Shown here piece after piece: positions 42,019-52,694 of a stretch of DNA of 64,000 nucleotides (position 1 is its first letter; every line of letters begins with the position of its first letter). Below the pieces are notes generated by a model. It saw nothing but the letters and a program-made list of their open reading frames with translations, was not told the DNA's origin and searched no databases. Both the position numbers and the translations under genes were made by a program. Location of the stretch: assembly GCA_965248355.1 (NCBI GenBank), contig OZ252098.1, positions 2,720,001 through 2,784,000 on the forward strand, read 5' to 3'. Source of the DNA: Candidatus Latescibacterota bacterium (GTDB lineage Bacteria; Latescibacterota; UBA2968; UBA8231).

Positions 42019-42497
42019 TTCTTCTCCTCTGCCTCCGGAAGGCTCAGGCGCGCCGCGATGCGCATCTCCGCCAGACCGAAGCGGCCCTGGTCGGGAGTGG
42101 TGCGCACCACGAAGGCGCCCTCTTCCAAGCGGGTCTGGCCAGCGGCGAAGACCACCGGCTGGCCGAAGGGGATGAACCAGTCGATCAGGAAGCCGCCGTC
42201 GTCGAAGAAACGCAGATCGTAGCGCATCTGCAGCGGTTCGTCCGAGGTGTTGCGGAACTCGATGCGGAAGGGCCCCTCCACCTCCACGTCGTTCTCGTTC
42301 CCGGTGGGCAGCTGGGCGGCGGGGAACCAGCGGGCCGAGTCCACGACCACGGCCTGGAGCAGGCCCGGCGGCGCCGACTCGATCTGCAGGACGGTCCGCA
42401 GGTCCTCCGGGTCCCGCCAGCGCAGGGGGTCCTCGGCGTCGCCGCAGCCCCACGCCCACATCCCCAGGGCCACCGCCGTCAAGGCCGCCGGCCTCAC
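42015..42497 (-). CDS. Putative lipoprotein (beta-sandwich, YcfL/FxLYD-like)
   Basis: Lipobox AWGC; FRNTSDEPLQMRYDLRFFDDGGF; coupled to both neighbours. Confidence 0.6.
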   Translation of the reverse strand: MRPAALTAVALGMWAWGCGDAEDPLRWRDPEDLRTVLQIESAPPGLLQAVVVDSARWFPAAQLPTGNENDVEVEGPFRIEFRNTSDEPLQMRYDLRFFDDGGFLIDWFIPFGQPVVFAAGQTRLEEGAFVVRTTPDQGRFGLAEMRIAARLSLPEAEEKK

Positions 42498-43471
42498 CGG
42501 CCCGCCTCCGTGCTCTCCCGCTTGCGCAGCCGCGCCACGAAGAACCCCTCTCGCGTCTCGTCCGGGGCCAGGCGCGCGCAGCACCCCACGTCGGGGTGAA
42601 AGGCCCGTCCCTCCCACTCCTGCAGGACCGGCGCCGTGAAGGGCTCCGGCAGGTCGAGGGCCTCCACCTCCAGGGCCTCTCCGAAGCGCTCGAGCAGACC
42701 GTCGACGATGGCCTCGTTCTCCTCCGGCCCCAGGGTGCAGGTGCAGTACACGAGGACGCCGCCGGCCTTGAGGGACCGCACCGCGGAGATCGCCAGGTTC
42801 TTCTGCTTGCGGGCCATGTCGCGGATCTTCTTCGGCCCCCAGTAGCGGTAGCTGGCCGGGTCGCCGGCGCGGAAGCGGCCTTCGGAAGTGCACGGCGCGT
42901 CGAGGAGCACCCGGTCGAAGCGTTCCGGCACTTTGCGCCCCACGCCGCCGCCGTCGGCCAGGTAGGTCTGGGCGATGGTCACGCCGCAGCGCTCCAGGTT
43001 GCGCCGCAGGCGGTGGAAGCGGGCCTTCACCGACTCCACCGCGGCGATGCGTCCGCGGTTGTCCATGCGCCCGGCGATCTGCACGGTCTTGCCGCCCGGC
43101 GCTGCCGCGAGGTCCAGGACTTCCTCTCCCGGCCGCGGATCGAGCAGCAGGACGGGCACCATGCTCGAGGGATTCTGCAAGTAGACCCGCCCCTCGCGCG
43201 CGGCCCCGCTGTCGACGAGGGCGCGGCGCTGGGCCGAGGGCGCCACCCACGCCCCGGGGGGCCACTCCAGAAGCTGCGGGGTGATCCCCTCCCGACTCAG
43301 CTCGGCCACGGCCTCCTCCTCGGAGGCCTTCAGCGTGTTGACGCGGAAGGCCGCGCCCGGCGCGGACCGCACGGAGCGGCGCCAGCCGTCGACGCGCGGG
43401 GCGGGCCACAGCCGCTCCACGCGGGAGAGGAACTCGGCCGGCAGACCGGCTTCGAGGTTGCATTCGCTCAT
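42494..43471 (-). CDS. RsmB/NOP (RsmF-like) RNA m5C methyltransferase
   Basis: FRVNTLK, YLQNPSSM, LDLAAAPGGKT, LLDAPCTSEG, VYCTCT..PEENE. Confidence 0.92.
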   Translation of the reverse strand: MSECNLEAGLPAEFLSRVERLWPAPRVDGWRRSVRSAPGAAFRVNTLKASEEEAVAELSREGITPQLLEWPPGAWVAPSAQRRALVDSGAAREGRVYLQNPSSMVPVLLLDPRPGEEVLDLAAAPGGKTVQIAGRMDNRGRIAAVESVKARFHRLRRNLERCGVTIAQTYLADGGGVGRKVPERFDRVLLDAPCTSEGRFRAGDPASYRYWGPKKIRDMARKQKNLAISAVRSLKAGGVLVYCTCTLGPEENEAIVDGLLERFGEALEVEALDLPEPFTAPVLQEWEGRAFHPDVGCCARLAPDETREGFFVARLRKRESTEAGR

Positions 43472-43765
43472 GACTCGGGGAAGCGCCGCCGTATATGTAC
43501 CGCCGCCGCCGGCTGTCCGCCAACCGGCTGGATCCGGCCACGGAGGGTACAAGGCCACCGGCAGAGCCGCCGGCCGCGGGGCCCGCCAACCCGACGGGGC
43601 CGGCCGCGGAGGGAGCTCGGCCACCGGCAGGGCTCGTCGGCCGCGGGACGGGGTTGCCACTGTGCCGCCGGCCGACGTATCCCATAGGCTTGGCCGGAAC
43701 GCCCGGGCGCCTCGGGCATCCCGTCCTGCAAGACTCGCATCCCCCGTACCCTGGAGCACATCGAA

Positions 43766-45637
43766 ATGACACGAACGTCCGCCGGCCTCGTACCGGTCCT
43801 GATCACCGCCCTGGCCGCCCTCGCCTCCGCCGAGAACGCCGACCGTCCGCGCATCACCGTCGAGCCGGTCAACCCGTGGACCCACCTGGACCTGCGCAAC
43901 GATCCCGACCACTTCCAGTTCGCCATCGTCACCGACCGCACCGGGGGGCATCGGGAGGGCGTCTTCGCCGATGCCATGGGCAAGCTGAACCTGCTGCAGC
44001 CCGAGTTCGTCATGAGCGTGGGCGACCTGATCGAGGGCTACACCGAGGACCGGGAAACCCTCGACGCCGAGTGGGACGAGTTCGACGGCTTCCTCGACGT
44101 CCTCGACATGCCCTTCTTCTACCTGCCGGGCAATCACGACATCTCCAACGAGGTCATGGCCGACGTCTGGAGCGAACGCTTCGGCCGCGCCTACTACTCC
44201 TTCGTGTACCGGGACGTGCTCTTCGTCGGCCTCAACTCCGAGGACGGGGAACCGGGCAACGTGGGGCCCGGGCAGCGCGACTGGCTGGCCGGCGTGCTCG
44301 GCGAGCACCGCGACGTGCGCTGGACCCTGGTCTTCGTGCACAAGCCCCTGTGGAACTACGTGGACGGGGGAGAGCTGCGGGACACGGGCTGGGCCGAAGT
44401 GGAGGAGCTGCTCCGAGGCCGCCGCCACACGGTCTTCGCCGGCCACTTCCACCGCTACACCAAGCACGTGCGCAACGACAGCCGCTACTTCGTGCTGGCC
44501 ACCACCGGCGGCGGCAGCTCCCTGGCCGGGCCCCTCTACGGTCAGTTCGACCACGTCGTCTGGGTGACCATGACCGACGACGGCCCGAGGATCGCCAACC
44601 TCATGCTCGACGGCATCTGGGACGAGGACATCCGCACCGAGGAGATGGCGCGCCTCGTGGGCCCCCTGATCTCGGGCGGCGCTGTCGTCGTCGAGCCGAT
44701 CCTGGGGCGCTCGAAGCGCTTCGGCGGCGGCGTCACCTCCATCCGCCTCACCAACGACGCCGACGTGCCGCTGCGCATCTCGGCCCGCTTCGCCGAGCAC
44801 GCGCTGCTGCTCCCGTCGCCGGCCTCCATCGACCGGGAGCTGCCCCCGAACTCGGTGGAGCGGATCGATCTCGAGATCTCCACGGAGCGGGAGCGGTCCG
44901 TGGACGAGCTGTCGCCGCTGCAGCTGCAGTGGCAGGCCGAGTACGTGCAGGACGAGCTCGAGATCCCGGCGGTGGACGGCAGCGCCCCCATGGTGGTGAG
45001 CCGCATCTACGAGCTGCCCCGCCGGACCGCCGCACCCGTGGTCGTCGACGGCGACCTCAGCGACTGGGACCAGCTCGCCTTCCACGTGCCGGAACCGGCC
45101 GAGATCGACGTCGACGCGGATTCCTGGACCGGCCCCGACGACTGCTCCTGGCGCTTCGGCGTCGAGTACGACGACGAGAACCTCTACGTGGCGGTGGAGG
45201 TCACCGACGAGCGCCGCATCTACCTCGGCGCCAACGCCTGGTCCCAGGACGGCCTGGAGCTGCGCGTCGACGGCCGTTCCGACCCGGAGCGCTCCCGCGG
45301 ACGCGACGCCAGCCGCTCCGTGGAGGAACGCGTCTTCGTCGCCATCAGTCCGGGCGAGCGGTTGGAGGAGATGGTCCTGGTGGCGCCGGAGGAGCTGGAC
45401 TCCCTCGGGGTGCAGGCCGTCGGCATCCCCACGCCGGCTGGCCACGCCTACGAGGTCTCCATCCCCCTGGCCTATATCGAGCACCGCCAGGGCAGGGATT
45501 GGCGCCGGCTGCGGCTCAACATCGCCGTGGACGACTTCGACGAGGAGACCGGCCCCCTGGCCCAGTTGTGGTGGCAGCCCGACTGGCGCGATGCGACGAA
45601 CTTCCCCGGCTCCGGGACCTTCGAGCGCGAGCCGTGA
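43766..45637 (+). CDS. Exported metallophosphoesterase with C-terminal CBM9-like domain
   Basis: D.T, VGDL, PGNHD, H.P, AGHFH; VDGDLSDW...YDDENLYVAVEVTD...DGLEL. Confidence 0.85.
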   Translation: MTRTSAGLVPVLITALAALASAENADRPRITVEPVNPWTHLDLRNDPDHFQFAIVTDRTGGHREGVFADAMGKLNLLQPEFVMSVGDLIEGYTEDRETLDAEWDEFDGFLDVLDMPFFYLPGNHDISNEVMADVWSERFGRAYYSFVYRDVLFVGLNSEDGEPGNVGPGQRDWLAGVLGEHRDVRWTLVFVHKPLWNYVDGGELRDTGWAEVEELLRGRRHTVFAGHFHRYTKHVRNDSRYFVLATTGGGSSLAGPLYGQFDHVVWVTMTDDGPRIANLMLDGIWDEDIRTEEMARLVGPLISGGAVVVEPILGRSKRFGGGVTSIRLTNDADVPLRISARFAEHALLLPSPASIDRELPPNSVERIDLEISTERERSVDELSPLQLQWQAEYVQDELEIPAVDGSAPMVVSRIYELPRRTAAPVVVDGDLSDWDQLAFHVPEPAEIDVDADSWTGPDDCSWRFGVEYDDENLYVAVEVTDERRIYLGANAWSQDGLELRVDGRSDPERSRGRDASRSVEERVFVAISPGERLEEMVLVAPEELDSLGVQAVGIPTPAGHAYEVSIPLAYIEHRQGRDWRRLRLNIAVDDFDEETGPLAQLWWQPDWRDATNFPGSGTFEREP

Positions 45638-45706
45638 AGGCGCCGGACTCCGCGGACGGCCCCCCCTCGGGGTCCCCGGCGCCTGCTGAGCCCAGGGACC
45701 GCGCGC

Positions 45707-47347
45707 TCAGTGGAAGTCCTGGTACCTCTTCAGCACCAGCATCAGGATCCCCTGCATCACCAGCGCCAGGCCGAGGAGGCGGCTCCCTTCGCCGGGCCGG
45801 CGGCCGAGATGGAGGGCCGCGCACAGAGCGGCCAGAGGCAGGGCGAAGATCCACAGGCGCGCGCTCTCCCCGGCCGTGGACCCCAGGGCCGCCAGCCCCC
45901 CCAGCAGGCACAGCAAGCTCACTCCCGGCGCGCCGCCCCCGCGGCGCCGCAACTCCGCCGCGCACAGCAGGACCAGCGGAGGGCCGCTCCAGAGGGCGAA
46001 CTCCACCAGGTTGAGGGCTCCGAAGTAGAGGCGGTTCCCCGGGCTCCAGTCGACGGCCTTCGCGACCTCGTGGATGGCCACGGCCTGGACGAAGCGGTGT
46101 CCGGCGTCGTAGCCGCACAGCGCCATTCCCACCCAGGCGCCCGCGAACCCGGCCGCCGCCCAGGCCGCCGCGGAGACCGGCGCCGGGGGGGCCGGGTCCG
46201 ACCGCCGCATCGCCCAGGCCAGGGCCGGAGGCACCACCGCCAGGGGCGCCAGGGCGAAGGAGACCCAGGTGGCCAGGTAGAAGGCGATCCCGGTGAGCAA
46301 GGCGGACCGGTGGCCGCCCTCCTGCAGGGCGCGCACGGCCAGGTAGAGGAAGGCCGTGCCCAGCAGCGGATGCAGGTAGTGGTCGGCATGCATGCCGATG
46401 AGGACGACGCTCGGAGCGAGCACGTAGAGCAGGGCCGCCGTGAGGGCGCCGCGGTCGTCGGTGAACCGCAGGGCCAGGGCGTACAGGGGGATCACGGCGG
46501 CATACGCCAGCAGGGGCAGGACCAGGGCGGCGAAGGTGGCCAGCCGCTGCAGAGGGTTGTCGGGCAGCCCGGGGAAGGCCCGCCCGAGGCGCTCCACGAC
46601 TCCGAGAAAGACCTGGAGGCCCGGCGGCTTGGTGGCGTGGAAGAAGGGGGACAGCTCGCCGTCGGCCAGCAGCTCGTCGTACCGCGTCAGCACCCGCCAC
46701 AGGCTCGGCTGCTCGACGGCGGCGCGGGCGAAGACGCCGTGCCCGGAGTCGGTGAACCGGCTCCGCAGGACGTCCAGGCCGCGCCCCTCCATGAGCGCCA
46801 GCCCGTGGTGGAGGCAGGCCCCCCAGACGACGATGAGCACCACGTTCCAGCGGCGGCGCCCCGGGGCCCGCAGAACGACCGCCGCCACGGCCGCGGTGCC
46901 GGCGGCCAGCGGCGCCCAGAGCCAGACCCACGGCAGCGCCGTGGTGTGCAGCGGCCAGAACCATCCAGGCAGGGCCTCGAAGACCGGCGCCCCGAGCAGG
47001 TAGATCCCGCAGACGAAGGCGGTGGACAGCACCATGCCGCCCGCCAGCGGCCGGTTCCAGGGGGCGCGCAGGCGAGGGGCGAGCCACATCCAGGCGCCGG
47101 CCGCCGGTCCGCTGGCCAGCAGCAGCAGGGCCCCACGCAGGACCAGGGCGTCGGCGCGGCCCAGGTGGTACTCCACCGGATGGATGGACTGTCCGGTGAT
47201 GATCTCGTTGAGCAGCCCCACCGGCATGCGCTGCTCGTACATGGCCAGCACGATCCGCTCGCCGAAGAGGGCGTGGAGCGCCATCCCGGCCGCGGCCGCA
47301 GCGGGGCCGGCCAAGGAGAGCAGGAGTGCGCCTTGAGGGAATGCCAC
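45707..47347 (-). CDS. Polytopic membrane protein, possibly GT-C-type glycosyltransferase
   Basis: Many TM helices; HATKPPG loop; E..RLW motif. Confidence 0.6.
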   Translation of the reverse strand: MAFPQGALLLSLAGPAAAAAGMALHALFGERIVLAMYEQRMPVGLLNEIITGQSIHPVEYHLGRADALVLRGALLLLASGPAAGAWMWLAPRLRAPWNRPLAGGMVLSTAFVCGIYLLGAPVFEALPGWFWPLHTTALPWVWLWAPLAAGTAAVAAVVLRAPGRRRWNVVLIVVWGACLHHGLALMEGRGLDVLRSRFTDSGHGVFARAAVEQPSLWRVLTRYDELLADGELSPFFHATKPPGLQVFLGVVERLGRAFPGLPDNPLQRLATFAALVLPLLAYAAVIPLYALALRFTDDRGALTAALLYVLAPSVVLIGMHADHYLHPLLGTAFLYLAVRALQEGGHRSALLTGIAFYLATWVSFALAPLAVVPPALAWAMRRSDPAPPAPVSAAAWAAAGFAGAWVGMALCGYDAGHRFVQAVAIHEVAKAVDWSPGNRLYFGALNLVEFALWSGPPLVLLCAAELRRRGGGAPGVSLLCLLGGLAALGSTAGESARLWIFALPLAALCAALHLGRRPGEGSRLLGLALVMQGILMLVLKRYQDFH

Positions 47348-47596
47348 GATACCGGTGTCCGGTGAACCTTCCGCGGCCTGAGACTAACCTCGCGGGGACC
47401 CCGCGAAAAGCGGTTGACGGGGAAGGACCCAACGGTTGGTGTTCGGCGGGGTCCTGTGTCCGCTATCGGACACTGTCGTCCGAGGCCGGCCATGTGCGGC
47501 CCCCTTTCCTCCGGGGCGCCAAGGGAGGAGAAGGACTGGCACGGGGATTGCAGTAAGGCATGGCGACCACTCACCCCTCAAGCAGAGGAGGACGCC

Positions 47597-47713
47597 ATGA
47601 ACAGGATTCAATTCGTCAGAGAGATCGCCGTCCCCGCGGCCATCGTCTTCTGCTACGCCGGACTCTCCGCCTTCTCCCACTACGCCACCGTCATGCTGGC
47701 GCGCACCACCTGA
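47597..47713 (+). CDS. Small hydrophobic peptide (38 aa)
   Basis: Strong GAGGAGG RBS, ATG, single hydrophobic stretch. Confidence 0.4.
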   Translation: MNRIQFVREIAVPAAIVFCYAGLSAFSHYATVMLARTT

Positions 47714-48052
47714 GGCGGCGAACCAGCCCCTCGTTCGCTCCCGGGCCGTCCGCCTGTCCCCCGCAGGCCGGCGGCCCGGTTTGTCTCGATCAAGACCCCC
47801 GAACAGCACCCTGCCCATGTCCGGCGATGCCTGAGGTCTGGCTCCGCTCTCGAGCGGAAGACCGCCCGCGGGTCCCATCGATGGATGCGCTGGTCAGGCT
47901 TCCAGCTTGGCGGGCGGGCGGCCATGGCAAGGAGACTCGTGCAAGATGTGCCTTGCCCGTGCAGAATCAGCATCTGGGCCGGGTCCCGGGGATGGGTTAG
48001 GATTGTCAAATGGATCCGGGCAGCCGTTCAAACTTGAGAGAGGAGCCTCGAC

Positions 48053-48178
48053 ATGCAGTCCAGAGGGAGGATCATTTTCACGGGCAACTTCTGGGAGTAC
48101 TTCATCCAGTCCCTGGGCCTGCTCGTGCTGCCCTACTGGACGTACTGGCAGTTCAAGTACTTCTTCGCGAACATGTAG
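48053..48178 (+). pseudogene. Degraded small membrane protein (DUF898/DUF6693-like)
   Basis: AGGAG RBS; MQSRGRIIFTGNFWEYFIQSLGLLVLPYWTYWQFKYFFANM* followed by in-frame IEIEIE. Confidence 0.45.
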
Positions 48179-48336
48179 ATCGAGATCGAGATCGAGAGTG
48201 CAGGAGGCACTTAGGGCGGCTCCCCCGTCGCTGCGGGTCGGCTTCAGTCTCCCCGGCTGACCAGCGCCGTTGTGCGGCTGTGCGCCACCCGAGGTTGCAC
48301 CTCCGTCGAGGCGGCCGGATTCCGCCGGATGGCCCC

Positions 48337-49098
48337 GGTTACCTGGTGATCGAGGCCGTGCTCACCACCGAGGAAGTGGCCGCCGCCAACGCGGCCATCG
48401 AGCACCACGTGGATCTCGTGGAAAGGCGCGAGCCGGGCCTGGCCCAAGGGGCCGAGCACTTGGTCGCCCGGACGGGCCGCGGCGAGCTGCAACAGAACCC
48501 CCTGACCTTCGAGCGTCCCTGGTGCGAGCCCTTCCGGCGCATGCTGACCCACCCCCGGGTCGTCGACATCTTCAACGAGATCCTGGGAACGGGCTTCCGC
48601 CTCGATCACGGCCCGGGCCTGATCCAGATGGACGACGAGACCGAGGGCCACCGCCTTCACGGCGGCATGACCTTCGACCCGAGCCAGTACCACGGCTTTA
48701 CCCACGGCCGCATGCACTGCGGGCTGTGCGTGGCGGCCTGGCAGTTGACCGACATGCGGCCGGGGGACGGCGGCTTCGCCTGCATCCCCGGCAGCCACAA
48801 GGCCAACTACCGCCCGCCCCAGAAAATGCTGAAGCTGGACGAGGACTGGGGCTGTGTGGAGCAGGTGGCCGCTCCGGCCGGGTCAGTGGTGATCTTCAAC
48901 GAGGCCCTGGTCCACGGCACCCTGCCGTGGGGCCCCGCCGACCGCATGCGCCGTTCGATCCTCTTCAAGTACTCCCCCGGCTTCATGTCCTGGGGAAACC
49001 CCCACGGGGAGTGCCCGATCGCCGACCCGACGCCCGAGGAAGAGGCGATCTACCAGGACCCCCGGCGCACGGGCCGCACGGCGCTGGGGCAGGGATAG
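48337..49098 (+). pseudogene. PhyH-family dioxygenase lacking a recognisable 5' end
   Basis: GYLVIEAVL, RLDH, LHGG, GGFACIPGSHK, EALVHGT; no start or RBS just upstream of GYLV. Confidence 0.7.
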
Positions 49099-49214
49099 CA
49101 GGCAAGGTGCGGACGGCATAACTGAGGCCAATACAAGGGGTTAGGCCGAAGTCCGTCCTGGCTACCTCGATTGCGATTGCCCACCCGAAGACATAGCTTG
49201 CTCCGTCTGACTCC

Positions 49215-49547
49215 ATGAAGTTGCCCAACGGGACCAATGCGACGATACCAGCCGGGAAAGTCGTGCAATACCTGCTTTCCGATGTACATGCCGTAGGTCG
49301 AGCGAAGGCGAGGTTCTTCCGTGGTGTGGGTTACCGACAGGAGGATCCGTCCGTCCTCGAAGCTGACTTGGCAAGCATCGCCCGTAATGAGCAGGTCTCC
49401 GAAATCCTGCAGACACATCATGGTACCAAGTTTGTGGTGGATGGTCGTGTGAGAACCCCATCGGGATCGAGTGTTCGGATAAGGACCGTCTGGATCGTTG
49501 AGCGTGGCTCAGCTCGACCTCGTCTGGTGACAGCTTATCCAGCCTGA
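49215..49547 (+). CDS. DUF6883-like protein (putative toxin)
   Basis: K...YLL...H.VGRAKARFF..VGY, GTKF, TVWIV.....PRLVTAYP. Confidence 0.75.
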   Translation: MKLPNGTNATIPAGKVVQYLLSDVHAVGRAKARFFRGVGYRQEDPSVLEADLASIARNEQVSEILQTHHGTKFVVDGRVRTPSGSSVRIRTVWIVERGSARPRLVTAYPA

Positions 49548-49562
49548 TCACGGAGGACGAAG

Positions 49563-49796
49563 ATGACTGAATTGGATTTGGTAGTTCTCGAAGGGCCCAT
49601 CGTAGAGCACGGTCTGGTGGCCGGAGACGTGGGCACGGTGGTGCATAGATATGCGGACGATAAGGCGTCGGAGGTGGAGTTCGTGGATACCCAGGGCACG
49701 ACCATCGCGGTTCTGACCTTGGATGATTCTGCAGTGCGTCCTCCCATGGCGGGTGAGATTCTGCACGTCAGGGATGTATCGCCCGCGGCATCCTGA
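49563..49796 (+). CDS. DUF4926-like protein (putative antitoxin/immunity)
   Basis: ELDLVVL...GL.AGDVGTVVH....EVEF...G.TIA. Confidence 0.8.
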   Translation: MTELDLVVLEGPIVEHGLVAGDVGTVVHRYADDKASEVEFVDTQGTTIAVLTLDDSAVRPPMAGEILHVRDVSPAAS

Positions 49797-50045
49797 CTCT
49801 GATGACCAGCTCTGGAGAGGGCAATCTCGCGAATCAGGAAGGTGGGCCGTGCGAATCGCATGGCTCAGGAGATCCCGGACCATGAGCCGTCGTTCGGAAA
49901 GCGCGAGCAAGACTTCCCCAGTACGTCCGAGTCCAGGCGGCCATCGCCTACAGCCGTTTGGGACTGGCAATTGGGGCGTACCGTCCCGGAGCCGAGATTG
50001 AGGACGACGGGGCCCTGCCAGAATGCCCCATGCATTGGAGATGAT

Positions 50046-51008
50046 ATGCTGCTCGACGATCTGACAGGCGTTATCGAATTGCTGCGCGAGCGTATTCAGT
50101 CACATGGCGACGCTTTGCGGGAAAACGAGACGCGCACCCGGATGGCGCTCGTGGACCCCCTGTTGCAAGCCCTGGGCTGGGACGTATCTGACCCCGCGGT
50201 GGTGACACCGGAATACAAGGTGAGCGGCGGGTGGGCCGACTATGCGTTGCTGCGGTCAGACGGGCCACCAGCGGCCACGGTGGAGGCCAAGAAGCTGGGG
50301 GAGCCGCTGGCTGCCCACCAGATGCAGATGTTGAACTACGCCAACGCGTCGGGCATTGACTTCGCCGCGCTCACTGACGGCGACCACTGGGAACTGTACG
50401 ATGTCTTCCGGCGGGGCACGCTGGAGGAGAGGCGCATGCTGGATGTATCCATCGCCAGGGAGCCGGTACACGAGGTCGCCCTCAAGCTGCTGCTGCTCTG
50501 GCGGCGCAACCTGACCTCAGGCGAGCCTGTGCAAGCCGGCCAGCCGATTGGCCTCGAGGCACCAGCACCGAAGACAAAGGCGGGAGAAGACGAGAAGCGT
50601 ACTGCGCCCCGATCCGAATCGCCGGATTGGGTGCCGCTCTTCAGCTATGAGAAGTCCGATTATGCAGGCTCGCGTAGCAAGCCGACGGCGATCCGATTCT
50701 GGGACGGGAGCGTACGCAGAGTGGGACACTGGTACGAAGTGTTGACTGTTACGGTCGAGAAGCTCTATTCGGCGAAGATGCTGACCGACGGTGATACTCC
50801 GATACTGTCGAGGAATGCAAGCAATTACCTGGTCAATACCGAGCCAGTGCACCCGACCGGCGAACAATTCAGCGCATCGAGGAGAATCGATGGGACGCCC
50901 TTGTTTGTCTTTATACATGGTAACCAGGTAACCCTGAGACAAAGAACACGGCGGCTGTTGAGGTTACACGGCCCGAAATCTCCCGAGGTCCACCTTCAAG
51001 TAGAGTAG
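50046..51008 (+). CDS. Type I restriction HsdR N-terminal-like nuclease with C-terminal domain
   Basis: NETRTR..LVDPLL.ALGWD, ADYAL, VEAKKL, Q..NYA, LTDG..W. Confidence 0.8.
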   Translation: MLLDDLTGVIELLRERIQSHGDALRENETRTRMALVDPLLQALGWDVSDPAVVTPEYKVSGGWADYALLRSDGPPAATVEAKKLGEPLAAHQMQMLNYANASGIDFAALTDGDHWELYDVFRRGTLEERRMLDVSIAREPVHEVALKLLLLWRRNLTSGEPVQAGQPIGLEAPAPKTKAGEDEKRTAPRSESPDWVPLFSYEKSDYAGSRSKPTAIRFWDGSVRRVGHWYEVLTVTVEKLYSAKMLTDGDTPILSRNASNYLVNTEPVHPTGEQFSASRRIDGTPLFVFIHGNQVTLRQRTRRLLRLHGPKSPEVHLQVE

Positions 51009-51081
51009 CAGCTCCAGGGATGATCATCACAGCGACCTCAATTTGGGCACGACCCAGACTGACGATGCTACGGGAGGCACG

Positions 51082-51750
51082 ATGAAGAGGCATGTCGGCA
51101 GCAATTTCGATGAGTTCCTCAGCGACGAGGACCTTCTCAGCGAAGCCGAGGCAACGGCCGTGAAACGCGTCACTGACGACAAGCTGTCCAAGTCGGCGAT
51201 GGCCAAGGGCATGCAAACCAGCGTGGACAACGGCCTCGCATCCGGGGAGCCTCCGGCAGGAACCGCCGAGGATCGGGTCTTCGACCTCACCGCGCGGGTG
51301 GGCTGGACCAACCGCTTCGTGTGGGGGTTGCTCGCCCTGGTGTTCACCGCCAATGGCCTGGTGAACCTGGCCCGCTGGAACAACACCGACTCCGGCGGGA
51401 CTCAGCTCCTGGTGCTCGGGCTGGTCTACCTCTCCTTGGGCGTGCTGGTGCTGCCGGGCAGCCTCCTCTTCAGGCGGCTGAACAAGCTTGTCCTCGGCTT
51501 TTCGCAGGAGGAGCTGGTGATCCAGCGGGGGCTGTTCGTGCGGCAGCGGGTGCCCTGGGACTCCCTTGCCGGGATCACCCTGAGCCTCATGACCGCCGAG
51601 TTCGTCTCCCGCGAGGGCCCCTCCCGGGTGATCCAGTTCGGAATGCTCGGATACGCCGACAACCAGGAAATCAAGCCCCAAGTCTTCCAGACGATCCGGG
51701 ACTTCGCGCAGGCGAAGGGGATCCCCGTCATCGAGGATGGGGCCGCCTGA
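51082..51750 (+). CDS. Chimeric ORF: XRE/HigA-like antitoxin N-terminal remnant joined to a 2-TM protein
   Basis: HVGSNFDEFL...A.A.KRV...SKSAMAK.MQTS, then TM helices with host-like codon usage. Confidence 0.55.
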   Translation: MKRHVGSNFDEFLSDEDLLSEAEATAVKRVTDDKLSKSAMAKGMQTSVDNGLASGEPPAGTAEDRVFDLTARVGWTNRFVWGLLALVFTANGLVNLARWNNTDSGGTQLLVLGLVYLSLGVLVLPGSLLFRRLNKLVLGFSQEELVIQRGLFVRQRVPWDSLAGITLSLMTAEFVSREGPSRVIQFGMLGYADNQEIKPQVFQTIRDFAQAKGIPVIEDGAA

Positions 51751-51917
51751 CGGCGGCGCCCTCCCGGCGCGCGTCCACCCGAGGCACCTCCCGGCGGATC
51801 AGCCGATGCGGCCGCGCCCGGCGGAACTCGTGGGCGTCGGCCGGCTCCCGCTTCAGCCGCAGCTGGCGGCACCGCCCCCGGCGCTGAGATTGCCTCCCGG
51901 GCGGACCAGCCGCACCG

Positions 51918-52694
51918 CTACAGATCCAGCTCCCGCCGAGCCTCCGCCATCAGCTGGCAGGCGGCGGCCAGGAAGGGCTCGTCGCCCCCTACCAGCAGGG
52001 CCTGGAATCCATCCTCCACCGCCTTCTGCAGCGACTCCGGATCGAAGGACCGCCGATAGATCCCCAGGCCCGCGGGCTTGCCCGCCGCCGCCGCCGCGGC
52101 CGCCACCTTGGCCTGGGCCGCCTGGAAGGCCTCGCTCTCGAACTCGAAGGGCACGTCCAGGCTGTAGGAGAGGTCGACCGGGCCGATGACGGGGAAGTCG
52201 ACGCCGTCCACGGCGAGGATGGCCTCGATGTTGTCCACGGCGGCGGCTGACTCGATGATGGGGATGAAGCTCACCAAGTCGTCGATCTCCTCGAGGTACT
52301 CGCCTGTCTGGAGTCCGTAGCCGCCGGCGCGGTGGGGGCCGAAGCTGCGTATCCCCCGGGGCGGGTAGCGGCAGGCCAGGGCGCCGAACTCCGCATCCTG
52401 CGGGGTCTCGACGAAGGCGGCCATGATGCCCAGGGCCCCCATGTCGAGGTAGAGGCGGATCTGCTCCTCGTCGACCCGCGGCAGACGCACGACCGGCGTG
52501 GCCGGGGTGTTGCCGATGGCCTGGAGCTGGGCCTGGATGCCCTCCGGCGTCTGGGGCGCGTGCTCGGAGTCGATGACGAGCCAGTCGAACCCGGCGTGGC
52601 CGAACATCTCGGCGATGGCGGGCGATCCGAAGCGCAGCTGGGCGCCCACCGCCGCCCGCCCCTCCGCGAGGCGTTCCTTCAGGCGGCAGTTCAC
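51918..52694 (-). CDS. HpcH/HpaI aldolase family protein
   Basis: GFDWLVIDSEH, LDMGA.G, RYPPRGIRS, IIES, IGPVDLS. Confidence 0.92.
   Translation of the reverse strand: MNCRLKERLAEGRAAVGAQLRFGSPAIAEMFGHAGFDWLVIDSEHAPQTPEGIQAQLQAIGNTPATPVVRLPRVDEEQIRLYLDMGALGIMAAFVETPQDAEFGALACRYPPRGIRSFGPHRAGGYGLQTGEYLEEIDDLVSFIPIIESAAAVDNIEAILAVDGVDFPVIGPVDLSYSLDVPFEFESEAFQAAQAKVAAAAAAAGKPAGLGIYRRSFDPESLQKAVEDGFQALLVGGDEPFLAAACQLMAEARRELDL

Noticed and set aside
47391..47405. Perfect palindrome CGCGGGG-A-CCCCGCG and other GC hairpins in 43490-43760 and 47350-48000
   Set aside because: Single GC-rich occurrences expected by chance; no repeat family or recognisable riboswitch.
48176..48178. TAG as a recoded (pyrrolysine) codon
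   Set aside because: The gene also appears internally deleted, so simple pseudogenisation (GAG to TAG) is more likely.
49116..49146. GCATAAC...GTTAGGC resembling integron attC ends before the DUF6883/DUF4926 pair
   Set aside because: Only 31 bp end to end, too short for attC; no internal L boxes and no integron integrase.
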